This document shows positions 51,963 to 61,404 of a stretch of DNA of 61,404 nt, in pieces. Within the stretch, counting starts at the first letter, position 1. The number at the start of each line of letters is the position of its first letter. Under the pieces are notes generated by a model, which saw only the letters and a program-made list of their open reading frames with translations, had not been told where the DNA came from and ran no database searches. This stretch comes from Chiloscyllium plagiosum. Lineage: Eukaryota. Both the position numbers and the translations under genes were made by a program. The stretch covers positions 12,340,207 through 12,401,610 of the forward strand of contig NC_057719.1 in assembly GCF_004010195.1 (NCBI RefSeq), read 5' to 3'.

Positions 51963-52962
51963 GTACTGACAGCTTTATGTCCTTTTTTGTTTTTTGATGT
52001 ATGCAAGTTCTTAAACGCTTCCTGCGGTGCAGTTGGCTGCCCAAGAATTATATCTTCTGAGCACCATGCTTGCATTTTCAAATTGCATCATGAGCAAAAC
52101 AAAAAGTTTCATTTCTAACATCCTGTCCTCTCTTGTTCAGCTCCTGTTTCTGCCATCACTCTGATCTTTCACCTCCTCTTTATCCTGAAGATGCCGACCG
52201 GCTGCAGTTGTGGGTTACTCCCAAGTATCCTCTCTGAAGGGGACAGGCAGCCCTTGGTGTCTGGAGCCGGGAGGATATCGCTGCTGTGGCCTGCCCCTTG
52301 GTTGCTCACTGTCAGTGGGCTCCCCTCCCCCCGCCCCCCCACACACCTTTTTGTACTTTTGGGAGGATCACCTCGATTTTATTTTTCAGTGGCACGACTT
52401 TTGTTTCTCTTAAATGCACGGGAACAAAAAATTGCTGGAGCAACTCAGCAGGTCTGGCAGCATCTGTGGAGAGAAAACAGAGTTAACGTTTTGAGACCAG
52501 TGACCTCTTGTTTTATTTTACCTTTGTTTCTCTTCTTCTGAATTCCCCCCCTCCCACACCGACCTCTCCCCAAAAATAGTATGGAAAGCAAAAGGGAAGA
52601 ACTTGCATCTCTGTCCCATTTTTGCCACCTCTGAACATCTCAACTTGCTTGACAACCAAGGAATTTCCTGTATTTCCCTACCCTTCACAAACTGGTCCAG
52701 AGGCATTGGAACAAATTGTTGTGACATTCCCTGATCTTCCCTTCTTCAAAGATTTGGAATAGGAACCACTCCTGCAAAGGAGGGCGAGAAGTAGATTGGC
52801 CATGTTCCATCGTATGGACTGGACTGGTGAAAATAGACAGAAGTGGGTACCACACAAACCCCAAGGACCATTTGTTTTGAAGAAGTGTAGCAACACTTGT
52901 TCCTCCCAAGGACGATCCAGATGCCGGAGTAAATAATCACATCCCATTACTAACCATGATGA

Positions 52963-53575
52963 GGCATGGTGGCTCAGTGGTTAGCAATACTTCCTCAGTG
53001 CCAGGGACCCAGGTTCGATTCCAGCCTTGGGAAACTGCCCATGTAGGCATTGCATGTTCTCCCCCTCCCCGTTTGTGTGGATTTTCACCAGGTGCTGTGG
53101 TTTCCTCTCAGTTCAAAGACATGCACGTTGGGTGGAATGGACATGCTCAATTGTCCAGGGATGTGCAGGCTAGCTGTGGTAAAAATACTATGCACAGTTA
53201 CAAGGATGGGATGCTCTTTGGAGGGTTGGTGCAGATTTGGGCTGTATGGCCTCATTCTGCATTGTAGAGATTCTACGTTGAATTAAGTTAATGGGCGGCA
53301 CAGTGGCTCACTGCTGCCTTACAGTGCCAGGGGCCCGGCTTCGATTCCAACCTCGGGCAACTGTCTGTATGGAGTTTGTACATTCTCCCGTATCTGCTCC
53401 TGTTTCCTCCCACAGTCCAAAGATGTGCAGGTCAGGTGAATTGGCCATGCTAAATTGCCCTTAGTGTTAGGTGCCTTAGTCAGGAGTCTGGGTGGGTTGC
53501 TCTTCGGAGGATCGGTGTGGACTTGTTGGGCCGAAGGGCTGTTTCCATACTGTAGGAGAATCTAATCTAATCTAA
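52963..53575 (+). mobile_element. Two tandem HE1-type SINEs (~52963-53280, ~53293-53575)
   Basis: ggtggctcagtggttagca / gggcggcacagtggctca heads, B boxes, V-domain, aatctaatctaa tail. Confidence 0.75.
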
Positions 53576-53672
53576 TTACTTGACATCTTTAAGGCCCACC
53601 TCTAGACTGTTTTCTGTCCATATACACGTATTACCAAGACTATTTAGACATGTCTGGTTTAACCAGTGCCAT

Positions 53673-53819
53673 GGAGAAAGTGAGGACTGCGGATGCTGGA
53701 GATCAGAGCTGAAAACGTGTTGCTGGAAAAGCGCAGCAGGTCAGGCAGCAGCCTGAATAAGGGCTCATGCCCGAAACGTCGATTCTCCTGCTCCTTGGAT
53801 GCTGCCTGGCCTGCTGCGC
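53673..53819. mobile_element. Fold-back PLE family B mini-insertion with hammerhead carrying a G8-to-U change
   Basis: 14-bp TSD TTAACCAGTGCCAT at 53659-53672 and 53820-53833; CUGAAUA...GAAACGUC at 53753-53780. Confidence 0.82.
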
Positions 53820-54008
53820 TTAACCAGTGCCATCCATATAAATGTTGGTAGATGGTGGCCTGTGTTGTTAATTTGTGCTGACACAACTGCAGTAGAAGAA
53901 GAAGCAGAAATTGTATTTCCGACAGGTAGTGGCCAGTTGAAATCTGCTTGCTGCCTGAGCACCGGTTTTTCTCGGCTGCCTTTTGTGATGTGTGATTTTC
54001 GCTTTCAG

Positions 54009-54174
54009 CAGAGCCCACCAATGACAGTAAAGCATCCAGCTGTAAGGAAGATTTAACTCCTGAGCTGCAGCACACCACTCCACGAAGTGAGAAGACCCTG
54101 AAGTGCTGTTATGACGGATGTAGCAGGACCTTCCTCTGGCATGCGCACCTGAAATATCACCTGAAAACACACAA
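54009..54174 (+). CDS. ZNF410: ZNF410 coding exon with C2H2 finger 1 (EKTLKCCYDGCSRTFLWHAHLKYHLKTH)
   Basis: tttcag acceptor (CAGCAG tandem), AA|gtgagt donor, 166 nt, phase 1 to 2, open frame with C-x4-C-x12-H-x3-H. Confidence 0.93.
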
Positions 54175-54329
54175 GTGAGTTCAAAACCATATTTCATAAC
54201 CACATGCCTGCACTCTGTATTTGGTTGGCAGTGGGGCAAAAAGTTTTTCATTTTCGGGATTGCTTGATACTGAGACAGATCTAAAGATGCAAATGCAAAA
54301 CCAAACTGTGACACAGAAATTTGCAAACT

Positions 54330-56515
54330 AAGTTATACAGCATGGAAACAAATCCTTTTGTCCAAATCGTCCACATTGACCATGTTCCTGAACTAAACTA
54401 GTGTTACCTGCCTGCGCTTGATCCACATCCCTCCAAACCTTTCCTATTTATGAAGCTATTCAATGTTTTTTAAACATTGTAGCTGTACCTGCATCCACCA
54501 CTTGCTCTGGAAATTGATTCCACACAAAAACCACCCTGTGTGTGTAAAAAAAAAAATAAAAAAAGTTGCCTCTCATGTCCTTTTTAAAGCTTTCTCCCCT
54601 CACCTTAAAAATATTCCCCCCCTTTAAAGCTCCCTCATTGTCAAGAAAAGACCCTTTATATTTCATCTTGTCTGTGTCCGTCATGATTTTATAAATCTCA
54701 GTAAGGTCACCCCTCAACCACCTATACTCCAGTAAAAAATGTCCCAGTCTTTCCAGTTGATATTTCAGCCCTTTCATTTCTGGCGAATCCTGGTAAATCC
54801 TTTCTGAACTCTCTCCAGCTTAATATTATCCTTCCTGTAACAGGTGACCAGAGCTGCATGCAGTACTTCAGAAGAGGCCTCACCAATATCCTGTATAACC
54901 TCAACATGATACCCCAACTCTTATACTCAATGGTCTGAGCAATGAAGGCAAACTTGCTAAATGCCTTCTTTATCACCCTATCTACCTGTGAAGCAAATTT
55001 TAAAGAATTATGCACCTAAACTCCTCGGTGTCTCTGTCCTACAACACTACAGAGGGTCGGTCTTACCATTAATTGTATAAGTCCTGCCCTTGTTTGTTTT
55101 ACCAAAATGCAATACCTCACATTTAGAGTCATAGAGATGTACAGCATGGAAACAGACCCTTCGGTCTAACCCATCCATGCCGACCAGATATCCCAACCCA
55201 ATCTAGTCCCACTTGCCAGCACCCGGCCCATATCCGTCCAAACCCTTCCTATTCATATACCCATCCAAATACCTTTTAAATGTTGCAATTTATCCAAAAT
55301 GGAATTGCATCTGCCAATCCTTAGTCCATTGACCGAATTGATCAAGATCTCTTTGTAATCTTAGATAGCGTTCTTCACTGTCGACTGTACCACCAATTTT
55401 GGTGTCACCTGCAAACTTGCCAACCATACTTCCTATATTTTCCTCTAAATCATTTATGTAAATGACCCAGTACTGATCCCTGTGGAACACTGCTGGTCAC
55501 AGGACTCCAGTCTGAAAAATAATCCTCCATCACTGTCTGTCTCCTACTTGAAAGCCAATTTTGTATTCAATTGGCAAACTCAGCGTGAATCCCATAACTT
55601 TATTAATTAGTGTACCATGCAAAACCTTGTCAAAGGCTTTCTTAAAGTCCAAATAAACAATGTCTACCGCTCTGCCCTCGTCAATTTTTTTGGTAATTCA
55701 TTAAAGCCATGCTAACTATCCCAAATCATTCCATGCCCCTCCAAATGCATATAAATCCTATCTTTCAGAATCACCTCCAACAGTTTAACCACCACCGATG
55801 TCAGACTCACAGGTCTATGGTTTCTAGGCTTCTCCTTGCAGCCTTTCTTAAACAATGGCACAACATTAACCACCCTCCAGTCCTCCGATACTTCACTTGT
55901 GTTTATAGATGATACAAATATTTCTGCCGGGGCCCTGCAATTTCTTCCCTAACTTCTCATGATGTCCTGGAATACACTTGATCAGGTCCTGGAGATTTAT
56001 CTACTTTTATGTTTTCTAAGACCTTCAGCACTTCTTTTCTGTAATGTGAACTGTTTTCAAAATATTAATATTTATTTCCTTGAGTTATCCATCTTTTGTT
56101 TCTTTCTCAACAGTAAAAATTGATTTGAAATATTCATTTACTGTCTCTCCTATGTCCTGCAATTCAACTCAAAGACGACCTCATTAATCTCTAAGGGTTC
56201 TACTCTCTCTCTAGTTGCTCTCACGCTCTTAATGTATTTGCAGAATCTTCTTGGATTATCTTTGAACTTACCTGCCAAGGCTATCTCACATCCCCTCTTT
56301 GCCTACCTTCTGAGGAATGCCCTACACTGTTTATACTCTTCAAGAGATTGAGTTGATTCCAGTTGTCAATATCAATTTTTTTTCTCCTTGACTAGAACTT
56401 CAATAGCTTTATTCATCCATTGTTCCCTAATCTTATCAGTCTTGCCTTTCACTCTAACAGGAACATAATGATTCTGAACTCTTGTTATCACACTTTTGAA
56501 GGTCTCCCACTTGTC
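54330..56515 (-). mobile_element. CR1 LINE fragment (~2.2 kb) with a younger CR1 3' end nested at ~55125-55290
   Basis: ORFs 54460..54777, 54722..55015, 55290..55490; second agagtcatagagatgtacagc tail at 55125. Confidence 0.82.
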
Positions 56516-57993
56516 ATTCAAGCGAAGGATATTAAAGGACCAAAGGGCTAACCAAAAAATAATTCAAGGTCCCCGCCTTCATTCACTCTCCTACCCCCTC
56601 TCCCATTCACCCTTCCACCGCCTCTCCAAATCTAACATTCTCTTCCCAGTGTCTTATGTTGAAGCAAATTTAAAGCCAGGAAAATTGGGCTCTTCTAGGT
56701 CCATTGCGTTTCCAACTTTTTCATGTATTTTAAAGGAATAGACTGTACACATATACCAAGACAAGCTAGTTTACAGACACTTTTCTTTTTAAGAAAAGGC
56801 CTATAAGTAAAAACAGAATGTCACAAAGCTGATCCCTTTTTTCTAAAAGCTGTTCCTTTTCTGAAGGATACTGTGTCTTTGATTTTTTTCAGAGGGGTCA
56901 TAAAACCCTCCTGGCTCTGAGGTGGCTAGTTTGGTATAGAGATGAGAAAAGAATTTGGAGAGGCCTTTTGTTTATATGTAAACAGATGAGACTTCACGCC
57001 AAAGTGGTCATGTTTTAGAAGTAACCTGTATAATGAAAGGGGAGTGGTCAGCTCTCTAGCTGAGAGTTCAGTCCAGAACTAGTTAGGAGTTCAGCTGTGT
57101 GGAAACAGGCTGCTAAACTCTCTTTCCTTCTGCCCTTCTAATTTTGGCCTGTAAGCATTTATTACATTTTGACTGAGTTTCAGGGGGGTTTGTTTATTGG
57201 GACTGTTGTGTATATTCAGAGCAGCATAATTAAGTCTAGTTTGAATAGCCTGTGTTCTTTGTGCTGTTCTTTATTTTTCATTGTGTAGTTTTGTGAATAA
57301 TGTCTTGCCTGTTTTAAAACCTGGTGGTCAACCTCGCTAACTTACTCTGGGTAATTTACACTGTACACTTAGCGAAACAAATTGTGAAGTTATGGTCTGG
57401 GCTGCCTGCATAAGAATGTTTTTGAGTGGTCTGGCCTAGTCCATAACAAGTGACTAAATTCTGCCCTCCCACCCCCACAATATATTTCACCCTTTACCAC
57501 CGATCTCTTACTTTACACTTTTACCGCTAAACTAATTTATTGATCAGGTGCAAAGTAGAAGGATAGCCACTGGAAAGGCTTTGACTTATTCACATTTATT
57601 TCGTTATTGCTGTCACAGCTGTGGTATGTGAATTTGAACCCCAGGCCCATCAGGACCGCTTTTCAGAAAGAAAACGAGAGAATATCACTAAAATAGTTTG
57701 AAGTTTGTATAGTAAATAAACAAAATAAACTGGAGGCCATGGGAGAATGTAAGGAATTAGAGCAGGATGTGGTTATTCAGCTTTTTGAGCCTACTCCGCC
57801 ATTCTGTGAAATTATGGTTGATCTGGTTCAATGGCATTGTCCAGCACTATCCCCATTTCCTTGGATAATTTTAATATGTAGGAAGTAAACCATATCTCCT
57901 GCTTCCCACACTTTGCTTTTGCACTGAGGCCTCGTTTTCCCCACTTCCTGACCACCATGTCTTGTCTGTCTACTCTCCCATCTACCTCGCTCG

Positions 57994-57996
<3 letters not shown>

Positions 57997-58040
<44 letters not shown>

Positions 58041-58060
58041 CCCTCTCCCTCGCCTTCTCT
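57997..58060 (+). repeat. (CT)n microsatellite/pyrimidine tract next to a 6-N gap
   Basis: Direct reading; N at 58061-58066. Confidence 0.9.
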
Positions 58061-58127
58061 NNNNNNCCTACTCCACAACTGCATCTTTCTATTTCCTTCC
58101 ACCTGGTAAATCCTCCCTTCCCAAAAG

Positions 58128-58309
58128 GAATGATCGCTCCTTCACCTGCCCGAAGGAAGGATGCGGGAAGAGTTTCTATGTGCTCCAGAGGTTAAAGGTC
58201 CACATGAGGACACACAACGGAGAGAAGCCGTACATCTGTCCCGAAGCTGACTGTGCGAAGAAGTTTACAACAGCTGGCAACTTGAAGAACCACATGCGAA
58301 TTCACACTG
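58128..58309 (+). CDS. ZNF410: ZNF410 coding exon with C2H2 fingers 2-3 (NDRSFTCPKEGCGKSFYVLQRLKVHMRTHNGEKPYICPEADCAKKFTTAGNLKNHMRIHT)
   Basis: pyrimidine tract + aag acceptor, G|gtacag donor, 182 nt, phase 2 to 1; two C2H2 fingers with HNGEKP linker. Confidence 0.95.
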
Positions 58310-59178
58310 GTACAGACTGGCATTAGCGCGTGATGTCACTTTTTTTAATGATTCCCAGCAAAATTGAGTTTCCATTCAGGTTTTTTGATGGCACATGTCT
58401 CTGTGAGAGTGGTTGTTCACCAACTCTGTCTGAGTTGTTGATGGCATCGCTGAGAGCCAACTTGTACTTTCAGTTCAAGCTTTGTTTTAATAATAACAAA
58501 ACATAGTTTGAGATTGTAGAAGTTTGTCCTGTGGGAATGCAAGGGATGTTGGAGAATAGTCAACATGAAAAGAACACAAAATATTTCTGGGTCATCATTC
58601 ACCGCTCTTTGGAAGAACGTAACCTTTATCCCACTCTGTGTGGCAAACACAATCTGGGCCAAGGTTTATAAAGATTCGGTTACATGTAACGCACAATTGT
58701 AATGGGGGAACATGGTGGCATAGCCATGGGATGTGGGTTCAAACCTCTGTACAGCACCACATTGTTGTGTATCTGTAAAATATTCCTTACTGTCCTGTTC
58801 TGACACCATCGTCTTGATAAATGATCATTTCTCTACCTTAATTAGTTTGTACAGTTTTGGATTACTTATTACTTTCATTAGACCCTCGGCATGTGACTCT
58901 TCTACTTATCACGTTATTCCAGTCATTTAATTTATCTCCAGCACCACCTTATTTTAAGTTTTTTGTAATTATCTCTCTGCCTCATTTTATTAGATTACAG
59001 ATCTTCCCTTCACTTGTTATTCAGCTGTTGACACTTTACTCGCACTGTCTAACACCATTGGCCATGTGCAGAGATGTATTATTTGACACTCCACTCACAC
59101 CAGTTGTATGAAATTTTGATCGCTGCCCTCGATCTCACTGCCTTTAAATTCTCTGTCTGTTTGCTCTGCTCTCTCACT

Positions 59179-59215
59179 TCACCTGACGAAGGGGCTGCGC
59201 TCCGAAAATTTGTGA
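59179..59215 (+). ncRNA. Minimal hammerhead motif (PLE family A relative) in a ZNF410 intron, sense orientation
   Basis: UCAC-CUGACGA-A-GGGGC(UGC)GCUCC-GAA-AAUU-U^GUGA; followed by the family A ttggtctataacctggtgttgtgtga segment. Confidence 0.6.
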
Positions 59216-59609
59216 TTTCACATAAACTTGTTGGTCTATAACCTGGTGTTGTGTGACATCAACCTTATTTCTCACTGTCTCTCCATTTTGAGGTTTGAAT
59301 ATTGTCACAATGAGAATTGAGAGAGGAGAGGGTAGCTATGCAAGTGAGGGCCTGTTAGATCTACTTAAACTTGGTCAGAGCTCCTCAATGTCCATTGCCG
59401 CTTCTGAGCTCAGAGACCCCAACATTTCAGCTCTTGACTCCCGCTTTTTGGAAAGCTCAGGGTAACTTTTGTTTTTGAACAATTTTCAGCCTAAGTGAAG
59501 GCAAGAGAACTTGCTTCCCTCCCCACCCTGTTACCTTTGTAGACACCACTAATGTGTTTTCCTTTCGGGGAGCCATGGTAATTTGCTGCTGTGTCTCCCT
59601 TTCCGTTAG

Positions 59610-59699
59610 GAGAGAAACCATTCGTTTGTGAAGCAGGAAGCTGCGGACGTTGTTTTACAGAATATTCCAGTCTTCGTAAACACATGGTCGTACACTCAG
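59610..59699 (+). CDS. ZNF410: ZNF410 coding exon with C2H2 finger 4 ([30 protein letters not shown]); gene continues beyond the window
   Basis: ccctttccgttag acceptor, CAG|gtactg donor, 90 nt, phase 1 to 1. Confidence 0.95.
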
Positions 59700-60624
59700 G
59701 TACTGGGCTCTTGCATTTGCTGTGAGAAGGGCAGGTGTGGTGTTAGGGCCATATGAAGCTGAATAGGGTGTGGAGCCATTTCACTTCCTGAGTGGAATTT
59801 ATGAAGAATGCCCTGTTCCAGGGCAATGTTTTATGTGGTTTAGTTTCCATCATCTTAGTCCAGCTCTCCTCTGCATTATCTTGTGTTGCTGCTACTTTTT
59901 CTTCTTGGTGCTTGTCTTGTTGTGCAGTTTCTCTATTATTTTGCCTCTCAGAATCACAAGATTGTTACTGATGAAGGCTCCCGCTTGGTCCTGCCTCAGT
60001 GCTTTGGACTGGCTGTGGTTTCCTCCTGTTCAACGTGGAGAAGACCGAAGCTGTTCCACTGCCAAATGTTCCCTCGCTTCACTTCCATTTCCCTTCATGC
60101 TCACTGTCTCCGAACTTGAGCAGACTAAAGGCAGTCAGTTACACCCTCTGACTTCTATCAGGGAGACTGTCTACTCACACTGACGTTAAATTTGCTGCTG
60201 TCATCTCTACCTTGTCCTCATCTGCTGCTGGAACTTTTATCTATGTTTTTGATACCCTCGCACTCGACCATGCCCCACCCTCACACATTAAGCTTCACCT
60301 GCTCCTAAGTGTTGCTCTTGTCCATGTCCTAAGCCGCACCGAGTTCTATCTGGACTCATGATTGTTTGTGTGTTACATAGAGGCGGCGGTGCAGGTGAGT
60401 GTGGAGAGGCAGGGGTTAAGGGAAAAGTAGATCACATTAGAAAGATTGGATTGGACCCAATCAAACCTCTGCTGGCATTATAAAAGCACAGAGCACTGAT
60501 AAAACTCAGAAGGTCGGCAGCGTCAGTTCGCTATTTAAAAGTAAAGTCATATTAGACTCTGAACGAGGCAAGATTTAATCAGAGACAAAACAAATTGCTG
60601 GAAAAACTGAGCAGGTCTAGCAGC

Positions 60625-61404
60625 ACAGAATCATAGAGATGTATAGCATGGAAACAGACCTTTTGGTCCAACCTGTCCATGCCGACCAGATATTCCAACC
60701 CAATCTAATCCCACCTGCCAGCACCCGGCCCATATCCCTCCAAACCCTTCCTATTCATATACCCGTCCAAATGCCTCTTAAATATTGCAATTGTACCCGC
60801 CTCCACCACGTCCTCTGGCAGCTCATTCCACACACGTACCACCCTCTGTGTGAAAAAGTTGTCCCTTAGGTCTCTTTTATATCTTTCCCCTCTCACCCTA
60901 AACCTATGCCATCTAGTTCTGGACTCCCCGACCCCAGGGTAAAGACTTTGTCTATTTATCCTATCCATGCCCTTCATAATTTTGTAAACCTCTATAAGGT
61001 CACCCCTTCAGCCTCCGATGCTCCAGGGAAAACAGCTCCAACCTGCTCAGCCTCTCCCTATAGCTCAAATCCTCAAACCCTGGCAACATCCTTGTAAATC
61101 TTTTCCCAACCCATTCAAATTTCACAACATCTTTCTGATAGGAAGGAGACCAGATTTACATGCAATATTCCAACATTGGCCTAACCAATATCCTGTACAG
61201 CTACAACATGACCTCCCAACTCCTGTACTCAATATTCTGACCAATAAAGGGAAGCATACCAAACGCTTTCCTCACTATCCTATCTACCTGCGACTCCATT
61301 TTCAAGGAGCTATGAACCTGCACTCCAAGGTCTCTTTGTTTAGCAATACTCCCTAGGACCTTACCATTAAGTGTATAAGTCCTGCTAAGATTTGCTTTCC
61401 CAAA
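60625..61404 (-). mobile_element. CR1 LINE 3' fragment running off the window
   Basis: ORF 60705..60977; near-identical to 9668-10450. Confidence 0.88.

Noticed and set aside
53659..54326. Long minus-strand ORFs 53659..54078 and 53868..54326
   Set aside because: Antisense shadows of a ZNF410 exon plus PLE repeat; no recognisable product
56650..57448. Possible solo LTR ending ...CCATAACA
   Set aside because: LTR-like in character but I could not fix the other boundary, a TSD or a partner LTR
59770..60183. 137-aa hydrophobic ORF after the finger 4 exon
   Set aside because: Intronic, low-complexity or decayed repeat sequence with no zinc-finger continuity

Overview
Vertebrate genomic DNA, most likely a cartilaginous fish (shark), judged from dense CR1/HER1-type LINE debris, HE1-type V-SINEs, DeuSINE-like repeats and Penelope-like (PLE) repeats. 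It holds the 5' part of a ZNF410 orthologue on the + strand: a CpG-rich promoter at ~32.4 kb, two putative non-coding exons and six coding exons (40124-59699) reaching the fourth C2H2 finger, with the gene running off the right end. A TE-free, CpG-richer island at ~3-6 kb looks like the 5' end of an unidentified minus-strand gene. Between them a decayed pogo-superfamily DD35D (Passer/POGK-like) DNA transposon (9322-19091) sits inside an old CR1 and carries a near full-length CR1, two truncated CR1s, a SINE and PLE fragments. The most notable unannotated signal is a set of minimal hammerhead-ribozyme motifs (CUGANGA..GAAA + palindromic tetramer) in short PLE-derived, often fold-back insertions with 9-16 bp target duplications, including a ~208-bp-arm palindrome. 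Such PLE ribozymes are known as a class, so I cannot claim a new system. Almost all ORFs in the supplied track are TE fragments or noise. No database searches were possible; family names and human comparisons are from recall.
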